A stretch of 63,310 nucleotides of DNA, filler included, from Octopus bimaculoides (taxonomy: Eukaryota), in assembly GCF_001194135.2 (NCBI RefSeq). It is 8 parts of 7 records of this genome, joined end to end, with 100 filler letters (N's around TTAATTAATTAA, not from the genome) between each part and the next. Parts side by side here need not be neighbours in the genome. Positions count along the whole stretch, not along the records: positions 12,144 to 23,391 come from NC_068985.1; positions 23,492 to 28,633 come from NC_068986.1; 6 more parts are not named here. One strand, written 5' to 3'. Made by a program: the position numbers and the translations under genes. The notes beneath the pieces were generated by a model, which was given only the letters and a program-made list of their open reading frames with translations, was not told the DNA's origin and ran no database searches. Of the stretch, positions 12,044 to 23,840 are shown piece by piece. Positions within the stretch are counted from its first letter, which is position 1. The number at the start of each line of letters is the position of its first letter.

Positions 12044-12170
12044 NNNNNNNNNNNNNNNNNNNNNNNNNNNNNNNNNNNNNNNNNNNNTTAATTAATTAAN
12101 NNNNNNNNNNNNNNNNNNNNNNNNNNNNNNNNNNNNNNNNNNNATATATATATATATATATATACAAATT

Positions 12171-12928
12171 ATATGTGAGTATATGCATATATACGCACAT
12201 GTATGTACATACCTACATCTACATGTATATATACATGCATATCTGGGTACAGGACATCACAAGAAAACGTGGGCAAAATTAGAAACAGAACATAAACAGA
12301 AAACACACAGGCTACATAGGGAACATTTCCTTCCTCAGCTGCCACCATTCTAAAACTAACCGTTAGAAGAGTTAGGGCAGGACGCATTGTTAGAATGGTT
12401 CTTCCCGCGGAAACAAATTATTGTTTTTTAACGCGTAGGAATATAGTGGCGAATAGAAAACACAAGAAAACGAAATAGTGAAAATAAAAAAGAAGGGCTC
12501 TAAGGCCAGACGTGAAAAAAATATATATGTATACGGAACGCTGTGATGTGACGAACTTAAAGGAAGAGAGAAGACGAAAGTTCCTGTGAGCTTGGTAGTA
12601 TCCAAGATAAGAAAGGACGTAGTAGCCGGACACATGTGAGTAGCGAGGGGTAAGGAGAAAGAGTGGTAGAGAGAGAGAAAAGGGGAGGGAGTAAAATATA
12701 GGTGAGTAACGAGAGACAGGGAGGAAGAGAGCAAGATATATTAGTGAAGGGGAGAGGCGAAGAACAACAGAAGGAAGAACAAGAGGGGGAGAAAGATACA
12801 AAGATAGATAGAGACGCATCAGAAATATTAAGTTAAAACTTATTTGCAAAGATGATGCGTGCGTTCGATCATGTAATAATACACATAATATGTGAGTAAA
12901 TGCATATATATGTACATGTATGTACATA

Positions 12929-12931
<3 letters not shown>
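12171..12931 (-). mobile_element. Non-coding PLE-LTR-like element with 44-bp terminal direct repeats, set in (TA)n
   Basis: 12171-12214 vs 12888-12931 match at 41/44. 12184-12257 matches 53551-53624 at 63/74. A decayed permuted hammerhead motif lies at about 12328-12370. Confidence 0.55.
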
Positions 12932-12962
<31 letters not shown>

Positions 12963-14378
12963 TAAAAATAATAAAAAAATATGATCGTGTATAGAGTAAT
13001 ATATTATTTAAAAGAGTTCCAAATCTGTCTGTTTTTTTTTATATGTTATTTATATTCTTATAAAATTAATGTCGGATATAGAATATGGAATATATAATAT
13101 AAGTAGTAAAAAGAAATTTCTTCAATTCCGTAAGTCCTTTTACCCTTTTCAAAGCAAACTCCGTGTAAATATACAAAAGATAAGAAACTCTAAATGGTCC
13201 TTAATCTTCTCGGATAAGTCTAAGAAGTTATACATGATAGATAGATAGGCTTACAAAAGGCTTTTAAATGATTCAATCACAAAAATACAGACGCGCTCCC
13301 CACACACAATAACATTAACAGTGAAGCTAAACAGATATCAGTTAACATATCTATAGCAGAGTAGATACCTTGGCCAGAAGAAATACTTTTATTACGTTGA
13401 TGGTTCACGAGCCGCATTTTGCCTCTAACCCCAAATGACGCCTGATCAACCCGGCATGTCCGAGATTGGCCAGGCGAATAAATATATTATGAGGATGTGT
13501 CTTATGTCATCATTGATGACATAAGAAAAAAACATGAGCCTCCCTCATTGGTGCAGCACCAGTGAGGTGACCGCAAGGTTTAGTGCCAACCGAGACAGAG
13601 GCTGGGCTAGATTTACACTGATCGACATTGTCGACTTTTATTCATCTATTTCTAAAGAGTTATTGTTTTGCCAAGGGCTTCACAGATATTAGTAATAGTG
13701 ATGTTATAGTTATCATGCATGCCAGGAAGACAATGCTGTTCAGCAAAGATTCGATTTCGGTTAATCACTCTGATCATGATTGTTCCTTTGGTGTAGCTAT
13801 AGGAGCATATGATAGCACCTATATCTGTGATCTTATCGGACGGTACATCCTATCCATCATAGGGAAGAAGTTTCCTTCAGTCGTCTTCGGCCTCTGCAGA
13901 GATGATGCCCTAGCCATCTCTAGAGGAGCCAACGTCCACACATTAGATAAATTTAGAAAGGACCTAATTAGCACATTAGGCTGAATGGATCTCAAGATCA
14001 CAATTGAGACTATTCTCACCACAGTAGATTTCTTAGATGTTACGTTAGATCTGGCCTCTGGTACATACAGACCCTATAACAAGCCAAACGATGGACTGTT
14101 CTGTAGTAGCACAGCCTCCTGCCATCACCTTATAGTTTTCAAGGACCTAGTGTAATGTGTAAGCAAGAGGATCTCGAATCTATCCTCGAGCCTAGTTATC
14201 TTCGACGCTAAAATGAGGCAATGGCATCGAGTGAGTTTAAGGACCGCATCACCTACATGCCTGGCCCCAGCATCTGCAAAAGAAAGTGCCGCAGAAATGT
14301 CTTTTGGTTTTCTCTACCCTTCTCGCTCAACGTCAAGACTTATGTGGTGAAGCATTTCCTTAGATCGATATAAAAACA

Positions 14379-14381
<3 letters not shown>

Positions 14382-14422
<41 letters not shown>

Positions 14423-14440
14423 ACACACATACACACACAC
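14382..14440. repeat. (CA)n microsatellite inside the PLE coding region
   Basis: Interrupts the KHF...HRYRHLFN segment. Confidence 0.9.
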
Positions 14441-15469
14441 CGATACAGGCATTTATTTAACATGCACAATCTAAGTGTCTCCTTTAGAATTGCATCTAAC
14501 ATAAAAACATCTTCACAAGTACCCACAATACAAGGGAGGAGACAGATTGCTCTCGAAGGGTATTTACTAACTGTTCAGTAGGAGGCCAATGCGTGGCTTA
14601 AGGGGTCATCTATGAGGCTACGGTGAAACCTAGACCTGCTATCTGCAATAAAACATTGTACCAACCAACATCAGATTAACCATATATCACCTCAATACAC
14701 TTGCCACGCCCAGAGGTAATAACTACTCCAGGACCAGCGTCATAGAGAGCGTCACCGAAGACTCCGGTACCACCGCCACAGATAATGAACAATCCATAGA
14801 CACAGATAGAGTGACTAGGCCCACAACGTGTGTTACCACCAGTACAATCATCGCACCTAGAAATGATGACCAATCCAGTACCAGCGATATGGAAGTATCC
14901 GCTGTTCTTAATACCACTTACCAGAGATAATGACCAAATACTTACCTTCGACACCGATGGGATTACCGGGCCCGCGCCATATGTTACCAGGTGTGCGATT
15001 AGGGCCACATCCCAGGTTTGTAAATATATCAGATCTGCCAGTACTTCCTTCAAGCGACGTTTTCTTAACCACCAGTCATCATTCAGAGTCCCAGAAAGAC
15101 GGTTCGTCACGTCCCTGTCCCGCTATGTGTAACCCCCTCAAAGATATCAGGTGGAAACTAATTGATCATATATTAATGGAAGGGGTAGTTGCAAGACCTG
15201 CACAGCGGAGAGAGCCAACATTCTTAACAAAATCTTGCACGGAAAGAAGTATTTTATAAATGTGTCCACTTCAAGCGCTACTTACTGGAAAACTGGATCT
15301 CCCCGTTTGCTAGTTAGGCCTCTTCGGGTCTATAAGAGTTGTTTTTTTTTTCCTACTGGTTCAGGGGAAATAACCCGTCATCATTAACGTTATTTTGTTA
15401 ACTTATTTCTCGTTTTCAAGCGTTTCCTCATGTCCACGACGAGGAAATTTTAAAATGTTTATGTTTTTG

Positions 15470-15536
15470 TGTAGAGTCTGTCGAGCTGTCCACAATGCTT
15501 TGGCTTTGTAGATGCGGAACCTTGTGTAACTCTATG
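15470..15536 (+). ncRNA. Type I hammerhead ribozyme relic at the PLE 3' end
   Basis: Stem I TGTAGAGT/ACTCTATG (8 bp, two G-U), core CTGTCGA (A6 changed to U), long stem II hairpin 15485-15515, GGAAC (A13 changed to G), cleavage triplet GTA at 15526-15528. Confidence 0.6.
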
Positions 15537-15849
15537 TCCAATATATAAGATGTTGTTGTAATATCTATATATTTGTAAACACGTGTTTACATACAAACTC
15601 GTAAGTAGGATTTTTGTTTTACTTAACTACGAATTATACCCTAAACAAACAAACAAATAACCAAAAACTCAAACCCATAAAAGAGAATATATCTCTATAT
15701 ACTTTTATTACACTTCTTTAATATCTTCAGTTAATCAAAGCCCCACATAAATAAGAAAGAATTTATATACGTATACCTGAAACAAAACAATTCTAAGAGG
15801 AAAGAAGAAAAAAGTTTAAAAAAAACACGGTAACTAACCAGCAGACGTG

Positions 15850-18800
15850 CAACAAATGAAACTGGTCTGATAAGGATATTGAATTCGTAGTTTTCTCACT
15901 CTCAAACAGAAACCATAAACATTTCGTGTCTAAATGAGATTGACGAAAAAAACAGCGCAAAACTCAACACGTGAACTGTTGGGCAGATGCGCAGCGAACT
16001 AAAACATATCCAAGTTTAATTCAACGTAATAAAGAGTCATTTGGAAAAGTCCGATATATTTTCTCTTTAAATATTGGTCAAGCACAACAACGACAACAAC
16101 AACAGCGAGAAAGCCATGTATAGCAACAACTAGCAAAACAATAACAACAACAACAGCCAGGAGATCATGAGCAGCAAAAACACAGCAGGAAGAGACCCTC
16201 CTAAATTGTAGCATAATAGTGGTTTACTGACCGATAGTATCTCTACACCTCTCTCTCACTCACCACTCTCACAGTAGCCACCACAATTATCATAGTTGTC
16301 ATCTTCATCGTCATCACCACCGCTGCCACCATCGTCTTCTACCACCTCAAATACTAAAAATAAACCACTGCGTTCTTCTCCCACGTCGCCATCTCACCCG
16401 TACTGTAGTGTAAAAAAAAAATAATAAATTTATGAAGTAGAATGTGTTCCCCACGACACTAACAAGAAAACGACAAAATATGCCGTTATTCCCTACGTTA
16501 CAGGCTCTGCACACGTAGTGACTACATCTTTACACATCTATTTGGCACTAGACGCACATTCCAAACAAACACTACCAGCAAATGCCAAAGCACGCATCCC
16601 ACAATAACATCAACACCACCATATAGTAATTTCAATGTTAAAACACGCATAAGACGGAATCCCAAAATCTGCCGGTATTCCTTACGCGAGAAACGATGTC
16701 TGTTGCATAACTGCCCCCTTCACTTATCTTCCAGAGATCCGACGCATCAACAGAAATGGGGTGCCAAGCCACCACACAAACCACAGTAAATCACTGCCTA
16801 CCGCAGTAATGATGATCCAGCCTTTTTACGAAGACACAAAAACTACAGCAACAGCAACACTACAACAACAACAAAATGCACAACGGCAACTCTACAACAG
16901 CAACAAATTCCACAACGGCAACCCCTAATACTACAACAACAACACAATCCGCAAACGGCAACCCTATCCAACAGTGCAACCCCACCTCAGTCAAAAACTG
17001 CTTCTTAAGCAGGAAAATTCTTTTTTAACCACGTTGAATCTGACAAAAGAGATACAAAAAAAAAAACTTTTAGCAAACTCACAATAACATCCTATGCTAT
17101 TACCACAGTGCACCGACTCCCCACATTGCTTTCACTAAAACACCACCAGAAAAAGCCTCCTGTAAAAGCCAAAACCTACCAATATGCTAGCTTCCACATT
17201 TCTACTCAATGGGCAAGGTGTCAGTCCCTCCATCAATGCACAAAATGAAAGATCCAATTCATTGAAGATTGGGTTGGTAAACATCTACACTATTTTAGAC
17301 CGTGTATTTAGTAACCACACTAACACAATACTCAATATTTCAGTGGAAAAAAAACCTTCTTTCATACCATGACATGGTTCTCCGTAACCTGAGATTCCAC
17401 CAGCCGAAAGCTAACTCTAGTGATCTCTCTCCAGCCCACCCATTTGATACCACGGATCTCTATGATTCCGACTGGGACGCAATCATAAACGATCTATCAC
17501 ATGTTAACTGGTCTTTTACACATGCACACACCTCTTCCAGCAGCAAAATATCTTGGCAGAAATTTGTAGACACTGTCACGAACACATGTGCTAAACACAT
17601 CCCACCAGGGCCTGTGAAGAAAACTAAGTGCAGAATTCACCAAAACAGAAAAGAAGATTATCAGAAAAATAAAAAGAACAAACAAAAACATTAACAAACT
17701 GAAATACAGCCAACAGCCGCACGTAAATTTGACGGCTATCGCTTTGCTCGAATAAAAATAAATAACCTCCAACAATGCTTGGAGACCATCACCAATGATC
17801 AAAGAACAGCTTAGGAGAAATGGGCCGTTGAGAAAATCAAACTCAACCTCGAAGTGTTCTCTTTTGCTTAAATACACAAGGTCACTATCTCCACTGTTGA
17901 CACTCTAACTGATGCAAATCGCCATGATAATGTTAAACCCACAAGTGAGATACTACAGAAACAGTTCTGCTCCGTTTATGGCCGATTTGGATTGTATCAG
18001 TGATGTTAATCCTAAACACACTATATTGGACTTAATGTTTGGTGCCCCTGATGTCTTACCGGCAATAAACAAAATTAAGCACAATTCAATAGTAGAGCTT
18101 GGTAAGTTCCCTCTTTGTGTTATGGTGTGCCGCCACCATGTTGCATCTACTCTTGCTAATCTGTGGGGGAACTCACTGGATGCTGGTTATATTCCTGAGA
18201 ACTTTCTGTCCCAGCCTGTTGTCCTAGTTTTCAAAAAGGGAAACAAGTCTCTTGCAGTGATCTAACCGCTGATCTCACTCACCTCTCATATCATGAAGGT
18301 ATTTGAAAGCAACAGACTGCTGAACACCAACAAACATGGGTTCCGTAATGGAAGGAACTGCCTAACGCAGCTCCTGCATCATCTTGATGATATTTTGAGA
18401 GCTTTGAGAGAAGGCTGACGTCATCTACCTTGATTTCAGCAAGGCCTTCGACAGGGTGGATCATAAGATCCTCTTCAAAAAACTATCCAACAGTGGTGTC
18501 TCTGGAAAGTTACTACAATTGACCAAGTTTTTCTTGACTTGCAGAAGACAACACGTTGTAGCGGAAGGAATAAAATCAAACCCAGTCAAAGTTAGTAGTG
18601 GTGTTCTACAAGGCACTGTTTTGGGCCCACTTGTTTTCATCATCTATATCAATGACATTACTGACATCATCTAGCATAGCAACATAATAATATTTGCAGA
18701 TGATTCCAAGATGCAGAAGGTTATCAATGATGTGGGTGACTGGGCATGCCTTTAGTCAAATCTACTGCCTGTCATCCAATGGGCGGAAAAGGATAATATG

Positions 18801-19650
18801 CTGCTGAACGAGGACAAATTTAAGTTAATCCACTTCGGAAAAGAGAATACCCTGAAACTCTCATACTCCCTTCCTTGAGGTGAAATTCTCATTGCACTAA
18901 ACAACATCAGAGACTTGGGAGTAATTGTGAACAACATAAGCTGGGCCGCTCATATAGACAGCAACGTTGACATGGCCTGCAGAACGTGTTCCTGGATACT
19001 CAGAGGTTTCCAGTCGAGAGGTATCCACACTATTATTTTTCTCTTCTCCACTTTTACCAGACCACCCTCTGAACACTTGCCCACTATGATCTCCCCACAC
19101 GAAACAAAATATCATGAAAATAGAAGCAACTCAATGGTCAATTACAAAAAGAGGTAGATGACATGACAGACCTTGACTATTGGGGTCGACTAGAAAAGCT
19201 CATGCTTTATTCCACTCCAAAGCTGCCGTGAGCGCTACATCATGTGCATGATTTGGAAAATATTCCGTCAGTATTGCCAAATTGATTTTGGCATCGTCTT
19301 TAAAATACACCGAAGATTTGGACCCCGTGCTATCCGCCCACAAGACAATACATACTTGTATCACATAACAACAATATGGCACAATTATTTTACCTCAAAT
19401 ACTCCCGCTCTGTTTAACATTACACCAAAACACATTAAAGCAGAAACAAACCCCATTAAGTTCAAGAAGTTTTGGACAAATTCCTTCCAAAAATCCCGGA
19501 TATGTCTCCGCAAATATTAACTCTCTCCTCAAGTAGGTATGTTGTCCAATTCCTGATCTGAATGTCTTTGCCAGGTGGCAGGTGGTGCTATTAAGTTAGA
19601 CATGGCCTGGGCCAATACTGGCTAAAACCTAATAAAGTATCAAAGTATAT
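15850..19650 (+). mobile_element. CR1-group (CR1/L2/Jockey-like) LINE, decayed: ORF1 with Myb-like and two CCCH motifs, largely deleted APE endonuclease, RT, short tail
   Basis: RT: FSKAFDRVDHKILFKKL...SGVLQGTVLGPLVFIIYIND...IFADDSK...RDLGVIV. EN remnants: LNGQGVSPS and ILDRVFSNH...SYHDMV. Ends with aataaagtatcaaagtat. Confidence 0.85.
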
Positions 19651-19702
19651 ATACTTATATACATACATACATGCATACATACATACATACACACACACAC
19701 AC

Positions 19703-19770
<68 letters not shown>

Positions 19771-20205
19771 ATTTGACAGTATTATAGCAGAATAAATATT
19801 TTAGATAGTGTCTAATTTCAGTTAATAAAATCTTGAAGGAGGTACACCGGCACAGATGTTATGAGAGATTTCCAAAATAATTCGTTCTTGAAGGATAAGG
19901 ACTTTACTGTACGTATGATGACCAATGTTGCCTTGAAAGTTTTTCAACAATTACTGCATTCATAAATCGATCCAGTTCTCTATCGAAAAGAGTGAAAGGC
20001 AACTTAATATTTTGGGCTTCCCGATAATTAAAGGAAGCAAGATGACTAAATCTCATGTCTACTGAAAAGAGACGAACACTCACTAATATTCAGATTTTAC
20101 AGTTTGGCATTCAACTCTCAGTAGAAGATAGAATCTATTCAATACTGAATGACATATATGTATGAATTATGTACGTATAAATGTATGTATGAATCTCTCT
20201 CACTC

Positions 20206-20257
<52 letters not shown>

Positions 20258-20920
20258 GCTTTCTCTCTCTCTCTCTCTCGCTCTGTCTCTCGCTTTCTCT
20301 CTCTCTATATATATATAATGAGTTGGAAATGTACTTGGATCGCTTTGCTGCCATAGTAAGAATAAAATATAAGACAATAGACGAGTGCTTAGTCGACATA
20401 GAAAGCTCATAAATGCATAATCTATCAAGTTATTTACACCCACACACAAAACACAAAGGTANNNNNNNNNNNNNNNNNNNNNNNNNNNNNNNNNNNNNNN
20501 NNNNNNNNNNNNNNNNNNNNNNNNNNNNNNNNNNNNNNNNNNNNNNNNNNNNNNNNNNNNNNNNNNNNNNNNNNNNNNNNNNNNNNNNNNNNNNNNNNNN
20601 NNNNNNNNNNNNNNNNNNNNNNNNNNNNNNNNNNNNNNNNNNNNNNNNNNNNNNNNNNNNNNNNNNNNNNNNNNNNNNNNNNNNNNNNNNNNNNNNNNNN
20701 NNNNNNNNNNNNNNNNNNNNNNNNNNNNNNNNNNNNNNNNNNNNNNNNNNNNNNNNNNNNNNNNNNNNNNNNNNNNNNNNNNNNNNNNNNNNNNNNNNNN
20801 NNNNNNNNNNNNNNNNNNNNNNNNNNNNNNNNNNNNNNNNNNNNNNNNNNNNNNNNNNNNNNNNNNNNNNNNNNNNNNNNNNNNNNNNNNNNNNNNNNNN
20901 NNNNNNNNNNNNNNNNNNNN

Positions 20921-20956
<36 letters not shown>

Positions 20957-21039
20957 CTGCATTTGACTAAACGCAAATGAGCGACTGTTAATTGCTGAAT
21001 AGCAGTCACAACAGGGAGTGTATAATTTCAATTAACGTA

Positions 21040-21250
21040 ATGTCTATTCTTATTTTCGAATATGTCAAATCAATAACGAACTGTTTTCTTTATTGCTCTA
21101 ACTCTATCTTTCTGTAGTCCAATTAACATTTCTTCCCATCATGTATTTATATTCTCTATATATGGTGATTGTACCAATTGTATAATGGTTCTAGTACTGT
21201 TCGTTAAAATAGATAATGCTGATAGCGTGCCTGATTTAATTTAGGTCAAT
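21040..21250 (-). mobile_element. Possible PLE N-terminal coding fragment
   Basis: IIQLVQSPYIENINT*WEEMLIGLQKDRVRAIKK resembles the region upstream of RT in PLE ORFs; the resemblance is weak. Confidence 0.3.
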
Positions 21251-21349
21251 CAGCTTCAGAAGAATATATGAGATTTGGGGCTAACTGGCAGTTTTCTCAT
21301 AAAAAGAAAACAATAGGTATTCTGTAGTAGGTACGTGAATGAAATAATG

Positions 21350-21700
21350 AATTTGTAAGTTACTTTCCGCACAAAGGTGCGCCCCCATTCTCATACTTGT
21401 GCATGAACGTGTTGTATGTGTGCTTAATTTTGTTGAACGTTGTTTCATGGTTTCAATTTTTCTCGAAGCCTAAGGAGCTGTGAAAGACGGCCTATCACGC
21501 ATATTAATTGTTTTGCGACTCTTTCACTTTACTTCACTTCGCTTTACCCCTTCCTCCCCCGGTCATTTTGTTTGTCTTCTTTCTCATCAAGAACTACGCT
21601 CGAAACGTACAGTGCCTGATCTTCACTGAACGTCAAGTGATATAGTCAATACGTACGTCCTCTTGTTCTTTTGTTGTGTGTCAACTTTAATGTTCGATTG
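21350..21700 (+). mobile_element. PLE-type 3' LTR fragment with a dead hammerhead motif (21583-21609)
   Basis: CTCATCA-A-GAAC-tac-GCTC-GAAAC-GTA is the CTGATGA-A-stem-GAAACGTA pattern with two core substitutions. Confidence 0.45.
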
Positions 21701-21747
21701 TTAATGTTCATACCATAACGTTCAGTTTGACTCTCCCTGTCTCTGTT

Positions 21748-21788
<41 letters not shown>

Positions 21789-22559
21789 CTCTCTTTCTAT
21801 ATATATACAAAGAGAGAGAGAGAGAGAGACATTTACATATATATATATATATATATATANNNNNNNNNNNNNNNNNNNNNNNNNNNNNNNNNNNNNNNNN
21901 NNNNNNNNNNNNNNNNNNNNNNNNNNNNNNNNNNNNNNNNNNNNNNNNNNNNNNNNNNNNNNNNNNNNNNNNNNNNNNNNNNNNNNNNNNNNNNNNNNNN
22001 NNNNNNNNNNNNNNNNNNNNNNNNNNNNNNNNNNNNNNNNNNNNNNNNNNNNNNNNNNNNNNNNNNNNNNNNNNNNNNNNNNNNNNNNNNNNNNNNNNNN
22101 NNNNNNNNNNNNNNNNNNNNNNNNNNNNNNNNNNNNNNNNNATATATATATATATATATATATACATACACACGCACGTATAGTTAATACATACATACAT
22201 AATATACATACGCACATAGATATATAGGCACCTAACCACATAGTTCCGGATTCATTTCCGCTATGCCACAGCTTCTACTAGTATGTAGTAATGTAATCTA
22301 CGGCTGACCAATGTATTGTGAGTGGATATGTTCGATAAGAACTGAACGAATCGTGTCGAACACAAAAAATTGCCTAAGTATTATCTTACTTTCAACTTCT
22401 ACTTTTTTTCAATTTCTCTCAACAGTTACAACAGGCAAAGCTGATTACGTCATTTTATCTAAATTGAAATGTTTTCTTTCCACGTACATATTTAAATATT
22501 TTGCAGTTCAATAATAGTTCTTAGATTTTACTCATTATCGAATTTGATAGACATATAGC

Positions 22560-23300
22560 GGTACGTAAGCCGACCCAAGCAATCTCTAGTGAGACTTTCT
22601 TATTGTTGTACTCGAAAAGACCCAGAACGACGGATCGAAACATGTTGTTCTCAATAAAATCTATTACACATCCCATCTCCTATCTTATTACTATTACCCC
22701 AACCGCCACTACATATTCCAGCAGTAAAACTACGGATAACAACAGGTAGCCTAAACTGTGCTGTTGCTTTACTCTAAACACCCTATCATATCACTGACTC
22801 CTTCATCTGAACTTCTAGTAATGCCAATCTACTGCATCTACTGCTCTCTCTCTCTGCCCTTCTCTATAAATCGAGCAAACGGGACGCCGATTTGCTGACC
22901 AGTTCGTGGAACACCTCCAAGACATCCGACTCGGCAACACCCCGGTCTCGCGCCATTTCTACTCTACCGGTCACATTTACAACACCTGTCTGTATTCGGA
23001 TTGTCCTTGCACAGGAGCCATCCGAACTCCCGTCTTCGCCGTGAACAGGGATTAATCTTCGCTCCTCACTCCTTTGCGCCACATAGGCTCAACCCTCCTC
23101 CATCTCTCCTCCCTTCTTCTCACACATACTTCCTCCCACCCACCTCTCCTCTCTTGCTCCTACTCCTACTTCTTCTCTTCACTACTACCTACCTTCTCCC
23201 TTACATCCACTTCCACATACCCCACCTCTAACCCACACTCAGCCCAACCCACACCGCACGCTTGATTTCCCCATTCTCGCCGCCCCCGTCTCTTGCTTTT
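22560..23300 (+). mobile_element. Penelope-like element (second family): LTR remnant followed by GIY-YIG domain and pyrimidine-rich 3' UTR
   Basis: IYCIYCSL..PSL*IEQTGRRFADQFVEHLQDIRLGN...RHFYSTGH...RLRREQGLIF...APHRLN. A decayed hammerhead-like GACCC..GGATC-GAAAC motif followed by AATAAA lies at 22611-22660. Confidence 0.8.
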
Positions 23301-23667
23301 TGTGAATTCTCCCTATATATGTATATATGTATGTATTATGTATGTATTATGTATATATGTATATATATATATATAAATATATATATATATANNNNNNNNN
23401 NNNNNNNNNNNNNNNNNNNNNNNNNNNNNNNNNNNTTAATTAATTAANNNNNNNNNNNNNNNNNNNNNNNNNNNNNNNNNNNNNNNNNNNNCTCGGTTTC
23501 TCTCTGCCTCTATCTATCTGCAATTTTTTTTTATATCTATGCTCTTTATCTCACTCCTTCCTCTTTCATTTACACGCGCACACCTCATACACTTCTGTGA
23601 ACATGGATGGGTGTAAATAATGCAGAATCAATGAGTCTATTTATATAATAGCTAGAGAGAGAGAGAG

Positions 23668-23701
<34 letters not shown>

Positions 23702-23715
23702 AAAGAAGAGAGAAA

Positions 23716-23750
<35 letters not shown>

Positions 23751-23840
23751 GACCGCGAGCTAGCAGAATTGTTAACGTGCTGGACAAGATACTTGGCGAC
23801 ATTTCATCCGTCTTTACGTTCTCAGTTCAAATTCCAAAGC
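23751..23840 (+). mobile_element. SINE family A head, degenerate
   Basis: gcgagctagcagaattgttaacgtgctgg...gttctcagttcaaattcc (tRNA-like A and B boxes). Confidence 0.65.

Larger units (their letters stand above)
13080..15560 (+). mobile_element. Penelope-like retroelement, near-complete decayed RT plus GIY-YIG
   Basis: RLINP, LPHWCSTSEV...RFTLIDIVDFYSSISKELL, AIGAYDSTYICDLIG...GLCRDDALA (YRDD equivalent), VDFLDVTLDLASGTYRPYNKPN, RNVFWFSLPFSLNVKT, CKYIRSASTSFKRRFLNHQSSFR...SLSRYV. Confidence 0.9.

Noticed and set aside
12088-12099. TTAATTAATTAA islands between N runs (also 23436, 28678, 33779, 45962, 55538, 57888)
   Set aside because: An identical palindromic 12-mer with stops in all frames, always centred in N runs: an assembly gap tag, not biology.
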